Counted from the stretch's first letter, positions 1 to 10,726 are shown. The stretch: 64,000 nt of DNA from Tetramitus jugosus (GCA_937625935.1 OW569394.1:186001-250000); one strand, 5' to 3'. The notes: generated by a model from the letters alone, not told the origin. Program-made: numbers and translations.

Positions 1-384
1 GGAGAGCGAACCACAAAAAACTAGAGAAGTGTAGAGTGGTAGTTCCAAAACAGCTCTACTTCATAAGAACTCATCAAACAATAGCAATGTTAGTTTTATA
101 ATATTGAATCCTCTCTGACCTGTGGCAAACAATGCTGATAGCATTGCTCGCACAAATACTGGGATTTTCGACAAGGGTTCATTACCAACAAGAGTCCCAT
201 AGAAGCCTCTTCGTCTACTAGCACCACATAAAGCTTGTACTTGTATCGCATTGGTTGAAATGATATACATTTGTTGTATCCACTACCGACATTCTTTTTG
301 TTTTTGTCAATTGAAAACGGTCGTTTTTTTGCGGAAAATTTGTGCATGCGATCAGTTTATTTTTGGCGACTGATTTACAATACA

Positions 385-715
385 ATGAATCATGACACCA
401 AAGCACAAAATTCCAAAACAAGAAGATATTACGGTCATCCTAAATACCCAAAAGATGATCTTGAAGGGGTAGTCAATCTTGAAGAGAAGTCCTTACAAGA
501 AGCCAATGTTCGAGTTCATCAAATCCCCGCCAGTGGGTGTGTGGATCTTTTGGCTGATATACAGGTTCTTAAAAATTCAAGGTCATTGTTATTTTTTTTA
601 CTTCAAGGTTCTGTGGTTGGATGGATCCTATTCATGGGAACCTTTGCCCAACATTGATCAAGAGAGTGTAAAGGAGTACATGAGAGAAAAGAATCTCTCT
701 GATGAGGAAGAATAA
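385..715 (+). pseudogene. Small chromodomain-like protein, frameshifted at a T8 tract (pseudogene or homopolymer sequencing error)
   Basis: ATG at 385 reads ...GCVDLLADIQVLKNSRSLLF. A 1-nt shift in T592-599 joins the frame YFKVLWLDGSYSWEPLPNIDQESVKEY, matching the chromodomain YxVxW...xWEPxxN motif. Stop at 713-715. Confidence 0.6.
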
Positions 716-1499
716 TTTTGTAAATAAAAAATTGTGTATTTATAATTTGCTTTTGTCGGTTTGTTTTGTCGGTTGGTTTCCATCATTCACAATTTTTGTT
801 GCAAAACAAAGAAAACAAATCAATTCATCCCTCCGAACATACTAGCGCTCCTCAATCATCAATTGTTCTTTTCCCATCCTCAACAGTTTAAAAGTGAGTA
901 GTTCTTTCGTGTTACTTCCTCACAACTAACTAATTTTGTCATACGTATCAATATAGGTGGTAGATGATTCTTTTCATATTATGGGGAGTCAATCAATTGT
1001 TTGGAAAAGAAATCATGGTCTTTTACTTCACAATCTTCATTATCCCTACTATCTTGATCAATTGCTGTGAGAGTACTTCTACAAAGGTATGAAGCGGTTC
1101 CAGGAATAGGAAAGTCGTCCAATTGGTCATCGTTGGAGTTGAAAGGCCCTTATTATTGTTACTACTACTCACTTCTCTTTTATCAAGTTACTTCCAACTG
1201 GGGCTGTAAGATACCAAAAGACAATTCAACAGCAACGAAACAACAACCAGGCTGTTGTCGTAGATGGACAAAGTGCTTCAAAGTTCGAAGCTAGAGTGTC
1301 AATACTGTTGTTGAAGTATGCCATTATGAAGACTGAATGAATAGACAATATACTTTCACTGGTTCGTGGAGCGATCCCACTAGAACCGCATACAGTGTAC
1401 AGAGCATGTTTGATCCTGAGATTATGGCACATACACACATTAACAGTAAACCGACTGGGGTCAACGATGTGGATATGGTGATCGAGGGTGACGACTAGA

Positions 1500-3300
1500 A
1501 ACTGTTTGAACTTTTGTGACCCTCTGTGGGGTGCGTGTGTGCATGACTTCCACTTGTCATCAGGTTGTTCTGGACTACCAGTCTACTTTCCTGTATCTAG
1601 CACAATACACCGAACGAAGATCGGATGACCAACATCAATTGTGGCACAAAAGTCATACCTGCGCCAATCTGATCCAATGCATAATATCAACACTATTGAA
1701 TAAAGACACAACACAAGCAGCTTGGCGCTACGGCACTCCTACTCTAGTCTCGCGCCTTTGTACGTCTTACCCCCAGTACAGAGTCAAAGTCGTCTAAAGT
1801 CTGTTGCAGTTTTAACACTGTTGCCGATAAAAATCTGTTAAATACAGCACAGATATATCGGCTCTACGAGCCGATAAAGCTCAAATCGAGTTGAAAACCA
1901 CGCTTATCTCTTCATCTCATCATGGAAGATGTGCCGATCTACTCCAACTCATTAGTGAATCAATCCAGAATCAATCGCTTGCTTCAAACATAGCAATTGA
2001 TCTCCAAAATTTTCCATGTTTCAGTTAGCAATCAAATTGGATGAAGGAGATAGAAACAAATTAGCCAGGAGAAGAATATCCAACAAAGTCCTTTCGAATC
2101 CTGGTTTTCTTTGGGACTGAAGTTCTGATGAATAATTGCCGAATTCGAAGTGCGATCACCATAGTACCTACTGTCACGTCGATCTGGTCTGTTCCTATAG
2201 TCCTTCTTCTTTTTGCCTTTTCTATTGTTGGGGATCTTTGCAGCTTCATTCACCATCAATATCTACCCTCTTCATGCATCTCTTGTGCAAGACCAATGCA
2301 TAGTATTTATCTGCGACATGCTCATTTTGTCCACGTTGAACTGGTTGACAAAGAAAAGAAGTGTTCACTGGCAGTAGTCATAAATTTCTGTGATAAGATT
2401 GTTGTACACGAAGTTCAACCAACGGGTAGTGTCACTGACTGTAGTTCCTTCCTTGATAAAGCGAGCCATCCTGAACAGAAATATGATCGATGCATGAATC
2501 CGGCAAGCAATGATCCTTACAGAATCTCTTGCAACAGAATAGGACTGGTACACTTGGTCATGATCACAATCATCCATTGAGCATATACAAGTGTCATTGG
2601 TTTCTTCCGCTACGTCCTTCCATAAACCTTTTGCGATAAAGAAAAATTTCATACAATAACCCGTTTGTGCACACGCGGCGGCAAAGGTTTTGATACCTTC
2701 TACAGCAGATTTGTTGGGAATAAACTGCTGATAGTAATACCTACCTGTAAATTTCATCAGTCCTTCATCAATGGAGAGAAACTTACCAGGACTGTAGTGA
2801 CTAAACCTTTGATTCAAGTAGGCCTCCAGCAAATCCAGATTTCAACATTGCACGCTGTTGAGCTCCCAAAATCGTTTCGACTCCCAATTCTTCTCAGATA
2901 GTTTGTACTGCCAGGCTAGCTAAGGGTTAGCCAACAGGAAATGTTGTATATTTGAACGTTTGTATTCTCATGTCAAGGGATGTCAAAGGACATCGAGATG
3001 ACTGTAACCGTATGAACGAACCACTATTTCTTGTGAAGGTCTGAGTTGCAATCTTGCTCTCTGGGAGTCAAATGACATCATCAAAAGGTTGTTCAAGGTG
3101 GGATATGTATGAGGAGTCAATTGACAGTGGGTGGAAAGTGGATCAAGCGAATTTGTCGAAAGACCCGCATCAGGGTCACTTGTCAAGTGGAAAACACTAG
3201 CATTCAATCATCACTACTCACGGTTAATGTACAATGATAGTTTTGAGGTCGTAGAGGAACAGTTGTTGCTAAAAGCAGTATAGAGATAGGGTGAAAGAGG
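1500..3300 (-). mobile_element. Degenerate piggyBac-family (PGBD, DDD) transposase remnant
   Basis: ORF 2365-2832 has FLSIDEGLMKFTGRYYYQQFIPNKSAVEGIKTFAAACAQTGY, the first-Asp block of piggyBac. Shifted downstream frames give ADKYY (DNxY-like), NNRKG, GVDRH (third-Asp block, ~1935) and a VYC..RK..SRTT Cys-tail remnant (~1580). Many stops and frameshifts; ends are approximate and no TIR/TTAA was identified. Confidence 0.85.
1823..1879. repeat. Small foldback/hairpin inside the piggyBac remnant
   Basis: Perfect 9-bp stem tatcggctc-tac-gagccgata (1856-1876). An imperfect inverted pair links gccgataaaaatctgt (1823-1838) and acagatatatcggc (1849-1862). Confidence 0.6.
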
Positions 3301-3649
3301 AGAGGGTATGGTAGATACAGTCGGAGTGTCTAGGAGGTGTTGAGGATTTTATATTTATGAGATGCCCTTTCCATTGAAAAGAGGGCGCTGAAACCATTGA
3401 TCGAGGGCCTGATGAAGAGTGGAATAGAGGAAGAAGGCAAGGGAGAAGGTCTAAAAAGTTGTGGATCATACAAAGAGGAGATGTGTGGAGGTGATGCGAC
3501 GCCTCTTTCAAAGAGATTGCTGGTTGAGAATCAACACAGTAGTAAAATGACATAATCCTATGAACATTCTGCGTTCCTGTCTCCTCGTGCGCATCCCGTA
3601 ACATATTGCTATCAACAGAAGTGTTGTATGTTGTTCTCAGAATAAAAAT

Positions 3650-5056
3650 TCCTAGTGGCCAATTAACTCCGCTTCAATGTAGCATCGTCACTCCAAAGAA
3701 TTAGACAACATTCTGAGTTTGAAGAGGAACAAGATATTTATGATCATAGAAATGATATTTAATTTAAGTGCTATGAACCGTCTGAAGTTTAGTTACAATT
3801 TATGCCGCTTTCACATCTCTGAGCGTTGGAGGAAAAATTTAGCAAAATTACCAACTAATAATCAGGTGGAAATTGGAAAACATTTAGTATACATGGGAAT
3901 TGCAAAAGAGAAAGAGTCTTACGAAAGACAATACCTGTTGTTCCAAAAATATTGTGGTAAGAATGGTGACAAGTGCAAACGACTTCTACAATATTTTAAC
4001 CAAAAGTACCATCACTGTCACGAACCATGGACAGCTGAATGTAGAGTTCTTGACATGAACAGTATTGGTAATACCAGTAATACATGTGAAACACAAATTA
4101 AACTTCTAGAAGAAGCAGCATCTTCTCGAGTGATCCAGAGGATTGACTATTTGCTTGATCCATAGAACGTTTACGAGACAATCTCGAAACTCTTGGTGAT
4201 CACAACCTACCTCTATCATCACTATTCCAATTTAACAAACGTCTGGAAAAAGGAATTTCCTATTATAATCACGGATATGTTCGTCCATTTCTCGGTTCTG
4301 ATGTGGTTTTCCGTGTACAAAAACCAGAAAGTGATCAAATTTTTTATCCTAGTATCAGACTTTTTTGTAATTGTTTGGATTACATTTGTAATTTTGGAAG
4401 GATTTGTAAACACATCAATGCGGCAATGGTACATTATGCCATACATAAGGGAATGCACTCAGTTGACAGAGACGGGAACATTTTTACAGGAAGTTAAGAA
4501 ACTAGTTCAAAATCCAGTCATTACAACCAGTGTTCAAGTTACTTACTGAGAGAAGAGAAGTCGGAGCACCAAAGGCCTCTCGAATTCCTGCTCGGAAATT
4601 CGAGATGAGAAAAAAACTGGCCCTTCAAAGAAAAAAGATGTGTTGCAGGTTGATATATCACCCGGTGTGTTAACTGACAATGTAATTGGTATTAAATGTA
4701 CAAGAGAACGTGTCCTTTTTTTAGTATGTGTCGGAGATTATGAATTATGGGAAGCACAGCAAAATCCCAGGGAGGAGGATCTAATTTAGGACTTTGTTGA
4801 AGAACCGATCCAACTCCATACGAAACTTAACGATGAAAATGATATGAAACGTGTCGGTATTGAGGAGATACGTTACAAGGACTGTGAATATGTCATTCGC
4901 ATTCAAAATCAAGAGTCTTATGTTCGAGTAGAAGATGAACATAAGGTTGCATTATTTTACTTTATTTCTAAGTGCTCTGAAATAATAAAGTTGGGTTCTG
5001 ACATCGGGTTTTTCTTATTATCGGACATTAGAATACCGTCACTCAAAGAGTTATGA
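3650..5056 (+). mobile_element. Degenerate Mutator/MULE transposase remnant with SWIM zinc finger and chromodomain-like C-terminus
   Basis: LCRFHISERWRKNL (Mutator CxxH, ~3800); YFNQKY..W..NTSNTCETQIKLL..RIDYLL (catalytic-Glu TNNxxE block, ~4070-4160); CNCLDYICNFGRICKH (SWIM CxC..CxH, ~4366-4415, shifted frame); then DNVIGIKCTRERVLFLVCVGDYELWEAQQN with an in-frame TAG at 4787 continuing into ORF 4844-5056. Confidence 0.75.
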
Positions 5057-5510
5057 TCATTGTATCCTTCCTTGGACACTCGATTCAGATACAATTCTGT
5101 GAGCTTGAGACTTGTACTCTCCTTTCAGTCATCAAACTGAATCTAGATCTGGAACATCCTGATTATGTGGTCCTGAACAGTAGAAAAATCTGTACTAGTT
5201 CCAAAGTGTGCTACTAGTACCACTTTATCTGAATTTAATGACTTATGAAACCGTATCCTCTCTGACTACGGATAGTGGTGACGGTGCAGAATTCACTTGC
5301 TCTGTGGTGATAATGGGTAATGGAAATACAGCAGATCACTAAGCTATAAAAGTTGATATCTTTAATCTTGGAGGAAAACTTTCAATCTAACTGTCGTAGC
5401 CCTGTCGACTTGGGAAGTCCGCTGAACATTTCATCACCATAAAACACTCTTAAAGCTGGAATGTTATGTTCAGGATTCATTCTTCTGATGAGTATGGCAA
5501 GTAGGTGAAA

Positions 5511-5578
5511 TGCAGTAGGAAAAACTGTAAATGCAGTAAAGCTGAATTGCAGTAAAGTTGCACCATAATATGCAGTAG
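5511..5578. repeat. Array of 4 TGCAGTA motifs (left arm of an imperfect inverted pair)
   Basis: tgcagta at 5511, 5532, 5548 and 5571; its gcagta core is the reverse complement of the tactgc core of the array at 6470-6540. Confidence 0.65.
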
Positions 5579-5635
5579 ACATAATTTTAGTCGAAACAGA
5601 TTCAACTTCTATTTAAACAAACACCGATCAAACAA

Positions 5636-6373
5636 ATGAACAAACAAGAGCTGTTACATCACTTATCAGCAAATTTCAGTACTATTCAATCAGTTATCAT
5701 ACGGTACACAGATGGAGAAGCAGAAACACTTCAGCTTAACCACACTCCAACAACAGATTCCCCGAACACTAGCACCTATCATGGAAGCAGAAGCAGTTAC
5801 ACACTACCTATATTTCCGATTCACACAACTAAAATACCAGTCACTCGTTCAACCACTGCGAACCAAAATAGATTGGATCGCATAATCCAACTCATACACT
5901 TTGAACAACAAGTGGATATGTCTTTTGTCTATGGAGATTCTTTGTCTCATATATCAAACATGATTTCGCTCTCTAGAACTTACATAAATATGTTGGCTTC
6001 GATAAATAAAGAAAGCTATATCTTCAAGAATATCCCCAATGATAAAGCTTCAGATGGAAGACCTCAGAAAGTGGCAAGTTCTACAAGAAAAATAGGGCGT
6101 CCGCGTCAAGACAAAAGAATAAGTTCCTTTGTTTCGAATTCTCATGATGTTGCGGAAGTGGATCGTATTGTAGGGGTTTCTAAAGATATTATGGGAAGGA
6201 TCTTCTATAAAGTAGTATGGTCTGATGGAAGCGGGGAGAAATGGGTCAATGCGCTTGAGATTGACTGTATTAATTATATGGTCAAACAGTTTTTGAATGA
6301 CCTTAACGATGTGATAAACTCGATGACACGGAGAGGTCAACAACAAGAAAGTATATTCCATAATCAGGAATAG
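5636..6373 (+). CDS. Chromodomain-like protein with AT-hook-like motif (245 aa), probably transposon-associated
   Basis: Intact ATG-to-stop ORF. RKIGRPR AT-hook-like motif; C-terminal EVDRIVGVSKDIMGRIFYKVVWSDGSGEKWVNALEIDCINYMVKQF chromo-fold pattern. Confidence 0.65.
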   Translation: MNKQELLHHLSANFSTIQSVIIRYTDGEAETLQLNHTPTTDSPNTSTYHGSRSSYTLPIFPIHTTKIPVTRSTTANQNRLDRIIQLIHFEQQVDMSFVYGDSLSHISNMISLSRTYINMLASINKESYIFKNIPNDKASDGRPQKVASSTRKIGRPRQDKRISSFVSNSHDVAEVDRIVGVSKDIMGRIFYKVVWSDGSGEKWVNALEIDCINYMVKQFLNDLNDVINSMTRRGQQQESIFHNQE

Positions 6374-6469
6374 TGGCAAATACTTCGTCGAGTATTTCGA
6401 AGGGAATGATCACTATAACTCGTCGTTATCTTGTAAGATCTTCTTGAGCAACTTCTTAATATAAAGTAT

Positions 6470-6540
6470 TGTTACTGCTTTGTTACTGCTTTGTTACTGC
6501 TTTCCATGTTGTAATGTTACTGCATTTCATCCTTACTGCT
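6470..6540. repeat. Array of 5 TTACTGC motifs, including 3 tandem 11-mers (right arm of the inverted pair)
   Basis: (tgttactgctt)x3 at 6470-6502; further ttactgc at 6517 and 6533. Confidence 0.7.
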
Positions 6541-7060
6541 TTTACAGGAATCCCAACGGCTTTTCAGATTTTCCGATGTGGATAAATCGAAAGAACTCGA
6601 TGAATCATTAGGTAAAGATTTAATCCTTTGTCTAAAGTCTTGATGGAAGTGTTACCATCCGAGCTGGTCACCATGTCTAGAACTCCCCTCAACGCGATGA
6701 CAAAACGCACTGAAAACCCTTCCTGATGACACATACAAAAGAAGGTCCTTGACGTTTGAACCCTAGAAAATTTCTTTCATCAGTATCAAACAGTGTGGCA
6801 CTTTTCTTTGGATCACAAGATGTTTCAACAGCTTGTTGGAAGATGTTTACATCGATTCCATCTTCCTTCTAGCTGTTGAATGATGTACATGGTGGGCTTT
6901 TGAAGCTGGTGTTACATTGACACTCTTTGGCCAATGCATGAAAATAGTCACAGTCAGTTCCATAAGTTTGATTGGCGCATCCCAACAGGTCCCATTTCAT
7001 TGTTTGGATTAAACAATAAATAAGTTTATTGTTCACTGCTTGTTAAAATTGTCGTTGCAA

Positions 7061-8761
7061 TCAATAGATGATACCTCTCTTTCGAGGTCCCTTCTCTCGA
7101 TCATATCTCTTATTCTTATCCAATACATTTTCAACCTCGTGTTGCCATCTCATTCCTGAATTGTCAGGTTTCCCATAAATGGACTCCAATAGTTCCTTCT
7201 GGTCATGTATCACATATCGAGTCTCAGACAACCGAGGATCCAAATGACTCACACTCGTCTCAATATCCGGCAAGTGTGATTGTTGTTGACTCGGTGGTGG
7301 ATAATAAACACCAGACAATCGACGATTCAAAATGTCTCCCGAAGTCGATGCATTCGCTGGAAATCCCAAGTTTGGATCCACCACATCTGAAGATGATGAC
7401 ATGCTCGACCTACTTGTTGTGGCTGTTGGATTGTCTAATGAAGAACGACTCTTGCGTCTTCGGAACAAGGAAAAGGAGGAACGGCGAGGTGCTGGAGCTT
7501 CTTCCACCGTGGTGGTTGTTGTTGTCATTGAAGGAGTTGACATTGTTGCCATCGCGGAAGGGTTAACCGCATTATCCGTTGTAACCGCAGCAGCTGGTGC
7601 GGCTGTGCTGGTGCTCGATGACATGTGATAAGGTATGGAGCCGATGCTATACCGTCTTGGGCGTCGCTTTGGACGTAAATTTGGAAGTTCTTCCAATTCT
7701 TGAGCGCTAGGAAACGGATCGACTACCGTTGTGCTCTGGGAAGCGGTTGACGAAGGACGACTAGAGGAGTAAGAAGGAGGTCTATTGTCCAAACTGTAGA
7801 CACTGCTCCTTCTCGGATAAAAATCATTTTCAGTTTCATAGGATGTGCTCGGTTGTCTACTGCTACTGATGCTGTTTGTCAGCAAATCGAGAGACGGTCT
7901 TGCTTCATTTGGATGGTCAAAATAATAAAAGTAGGGTTCATTTCCACTGCTACTACTAGTAAGGGAGGACGAGGACCTTCTTTGTGGTGGCGGTGGTGAT
8001 GACCCCCTCAACATGGATTGTCTTGTTGTCAGTTGTTGGTTATCATATGGTTGTTGTTGTTGTTGTGGTTCCTGTTGGTAAAGTGGGGGTGGCAGTCGTT
8101 GTTGTAGTTGTTGTAGTTGTTGTTGTTGTGCATTCTCTTCTCTGTCTCCACTGACACTTGTTCTTGCTTCGACACTGCTCCTTCTCCTTTCTTCAAGTGA
8201 AGGACGATGCGCATAATACATGTTGAACGCGTCTGCGTCATCACTCGTTGGTCCCTTCTCGGGAAAATGATAATTGGCAAGACGTTGTCCAGCGGAGGAG
8301 CGACGACTCTGATTGCCATCAATCGTCTGTCTGGACACTGCTGCTGCTTCTTGAGATGGCTGAGAGGGTGGAAGCTGCTCGGCTAGTTCCATTGCGAGAG
8401 GACTGCCGATAATGTTCTCTGTGGGAACAGCCAGTGGTTGACAAGCTCTTATACTGCTGTCTGGTGAAGGTGCAGGCGCTGGTACACGAGGAATGTATTG
8501 TTGGTGTTGAGGAGGCATTCGATTGTCCAGAGAATATCGATGACTTGGTGCTACAGGTTGGTGTTGCTGTTCTTGATACTGTAGAGGTGGTTGTTGCGGC
8601 TGTTGTAACAGTGACTGTTGTTGTAACGTTGGTGGTTGACTGGGGATGAAGAATAGATTGGCTTTTTGGTCATTGTTGGCAACATTTTGTACCATGTAGG
8701 TCGGCACGTTGGGAGTGTCATGTGTGGTGCTATTGTATTGCGCGTTAATGTATTCAACCAT
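7061..8761 (-). CDS. Low-complexity Q/S/P-rich hypothetical protein (566 aa)
   Basis: Long intact ORF from ATG; codon-structured poly-Q/S/T; about 8 RRxS motifs; short ordered-looking C-terminus. Confidence 0.75.
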   Translation of the reverse strand: MVEYINAQYNSTTHDTPNVPTYMVQNVANNDQKANLFFIPSQPPTLQQQSLLQQPQQPPLQYQEQQHQPVAPSHRYSLDNRMPPQHQQYIPRVPAPAPSPDSSIRACQPLAVPTENIIGSPLAMELAEQLPPSQPSQEAAAVSRQTIDGNQSRRSSAGQRLANYHFPEKGPTSDDADAFNMYYAHRPSLEERRRSSVEARTSVSGDREENAQQQQLQQLQQRLPPPLYQQEPQQQQQPYDNQQLTTRQSMLRGSSPPPPQRRSSSSLTSSSSGNEPYFYYFDHPNEARPSLDLLTNSISSSRQPSTSYETENDFYPRRSSVYSLDNRPPSYSSSRPSSTASQSTTVVDPFPSAQELEELPNLRPKRRPRRYSIGSIPYHMSSSTSTAAPAAAVTTDNAVNPSAMATMSTPSMTTTTTTVEEAPAPRRSSFSLFRRRKSRSSLDNPTATTSRSSMSSSSDVVDPNLGFPANASTSGDILNRRLSGVYYPPPSQQQSHLPDIETSVSHLDPRLSETRYVIHDQKELLESIYGKPDNSGMRWQHEVENVLDKNKRYDREKGPRKRGIIY

Positions 8762-8960
8762 TGTGATGATTCTTTGATGGATCTGTTGAAAGGTTGTGTG
8801 AATACTTTTGGGTGTGGATATAGATATGATTTTGACTCAGATGGCCGCGAAACTTTCAAATTTCTTCATCCAAAAATACTTCGAAACCTAATTAAACTCC
8901 ATTTTTTGAGATGACCGGTCAACCAGGTAATTACAAAAATACAATCCTTGGAGACATCTG

Positions 8961-10262
8961 TCAAAGACTGTCATTACCTCTGAGGAGGCCAGCTTGAATA
9001 GCAGCACCCATGGCAACAACCTCGTCAGGATCTTTGCCTTGGATTGGATTCTTTCCAAAGAAATCAGTAACGATTTGTTGAATTTTTGGCACTCGACTCA
9101 TTCCACCGGCAAGAACCACGTGATCAATATCATTGTGAGTGACTCCAGCATCCTCAAGGCACTTATTGCAATGCTCAAGAGTACGCTTGATCAAATCATC
9201 AGTCAACTGTTCAAATTTTTCACGGGTCAGAGTGAGCACTAGGTTCTTTGGTCCAGATGCATCAGCAGTGATCAAGGGCAGATTGATTTCGGTGGATGTA
9301 TTGGAAGACAATTCAATCTTTGCTCTCTCGGAAGCGTCCTTGATTCGTTGGAGAGCCATCTCATTCTTGCTGATATCAATACCCTCAACCTTCTTGAATT
9401 CACTCACGATATGATCGACCAACACCCGATCATAGGCATTACCACCCAAGAACAAATCTCCATTGATGGCCTTTACTTCAAATACACCATGTTCAGCTAG
9501 GAGAACAGAAACATCAAACGTACCACCCAAATCAAAGACGACAATGATCCCTGACTCCATGTAGCGAAAACCGAGACCTAAGATAGCAGCAGTCGGTTCA
9601 TTGACCACTCTCAAAACTTTTAAACCGGCCATCGTACCAGCATCCCTCGTAGCAAGTCTCTGATCAGCAGTAAAGTGAGCAGGGACCGCGATGACTGCTT
9701 GACGCACAGAATCTCCCCCAAAGAATCTCTCTGCACTCTCCTTTACATTGGAAAGAATCATGGCGCTGACTTCAGTGGGAGATATTTCTTTGAAATGTGA
9801 TTGTTCATCATCACCAGTAGCCTTCAACCAAGCATCACCATTGGGAGCCTTTACAATTCCATAGGAAACGAGCTTGGATATCTTTTGAGTCACAGGATCA
9901 TCAAACTTTCGACCCATGAGAAGTTTGGAAGCATAGAGTATGTTACTTCTTCTTGGACTGACAAGCCATTGTCTCTTGGCTTTCTCACCAACAACAACAA
10001 AAGAAGAGTTATTTTGATCTTTTTCAAATGAAAAGGATACATAGGCAGGTGTCGTTCTTATGCCTTCACTGTTTTCAATGACTCTTGTTGTGCCATCATT
10101 CTGAAGAAAAGCAACACAAGCTTTGGTCATTCCTAGATCTATCCCAATGACTGGGACACGGCAATGGGAGTAATAAGAAGAATAACAATTTCTTGAGAAA
10201 GAATAACAAAAATCTTGTGTGATCCACCTTCTTTTGGATCCTAGTCGCAGGATAGAATTCAT
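8961..10262 (-). CDS. Mitochondrial/DnaK-type Hsp70, nucleotide-binding domain only (433 aa)
   Basis: IGIDLG, IENSEGIRTTP, VVNEPTAA, FEVKAINGDLFLGG, INLPLITADASGPKNL (mtHsp70/DnaK-type), GGMSRVPK, PDEVVAMGAAIQAG, then stop. R/S-rich presequence-like N-terminus; no substrate-binding domain. Confidence 0.9.
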   Translation of the reverse strand: MNSILRLGSKRRWITQDFCYSFSRNCYSSYYSHCRVPVIGIDLGMTKACVAFLQNDGTTRVIENSEGIRTTPAYVSFSFEKDQNNSSFVVVGEKAKRQWLVSPRRSNILYASKLLMGRKFDDPVTQKISKLVSYGIVKAPNGDAWLKATGDDEQSHFKEISPTEVSAMILSNVKESAERFFGGDSVRQAVIAVPAHFTADQRLATRDAGTMAGLKVLRVVNEPTAAILGLGFRYMESGIIVVFDLGGTFDVSVLLAEHGVFEVKAINGDLFLGGNAYDRVLVDHIVSEFKKVEGIDISKNEMALQRIKDASERAKIELSSNTSTEINLPLITADASGPKNLVLTLTREKFEQLTDDLIKRTLEHCNKCLEDAGVTHNDIDHVVLAGGMSRVPKIQQIVTDFFGKNPIQGKDPDEVVAMGAAIQAGLLRGNDSL

Positions 10263-10726
10263 GGTTTCTGAACTTGTTCTTGATTTGTTTGTGTGGCCTG
10301 ACTTAATGGAACATCTGACTTCTCTTGACTCAAGTGGAAACTGGGAAGTGGGAACCTTTGAGTTTCAGGCAAGGACGAACTCATGTGTTTTCTTCATCCA
10401 ATTCCATGAAGACTTTGATTTGTTGTTCGGGTTCAACTATTGATTTTGTCCATCGAAATTGGATCAAAAGCTTTCACACAAAAAACAAACATGTAATCCG
10501 CAACAAAGCAATGTGAGCCGCAGGGAGGACTGACAATTCAACTTCGCGCCTGTTTGTGTCACGCTACAGCGGTGAAAAATAGTTTGTGTGATCGGAGAAT
10601 TATTTTTTTGAAGGTCGTCTGTCGTAGATTTGAAGAATTACTTTACAGTTTTTTGTTCCGAGAAGTGATACGAGTAATTGTCTTTATAAACACAAAGAGA
10701 AAGGATCCTCGAGTGTTTTATGAACA

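Noticed and set aside
850-1500. Intron-like GTGAGT..CTAAC..TAG (894-956) and following ORF fragments
   Set aside because: No coherent reading frame or recognisable product; probably decayed element sequence.
1500-5056. Stop-codon reassignment as an explanation for in-frame stops
   Set aside because: Stops co-occur with frameshifts only in the transposon region, and intact genes terminate at TAA, TAG and TGA normally.
6560-7000. Minus-strand ATG-initiated Cys-containing fragment
   Set aside because: Interrupted by several stops; no recognisable family.
8959-8978. A 20-nt GT..AG mini-intron rescuing a full-length Hsp70
   Set aside because: Far shorter than the other introns, and splicing would add only ~30 aa with no substrate-binding domain.
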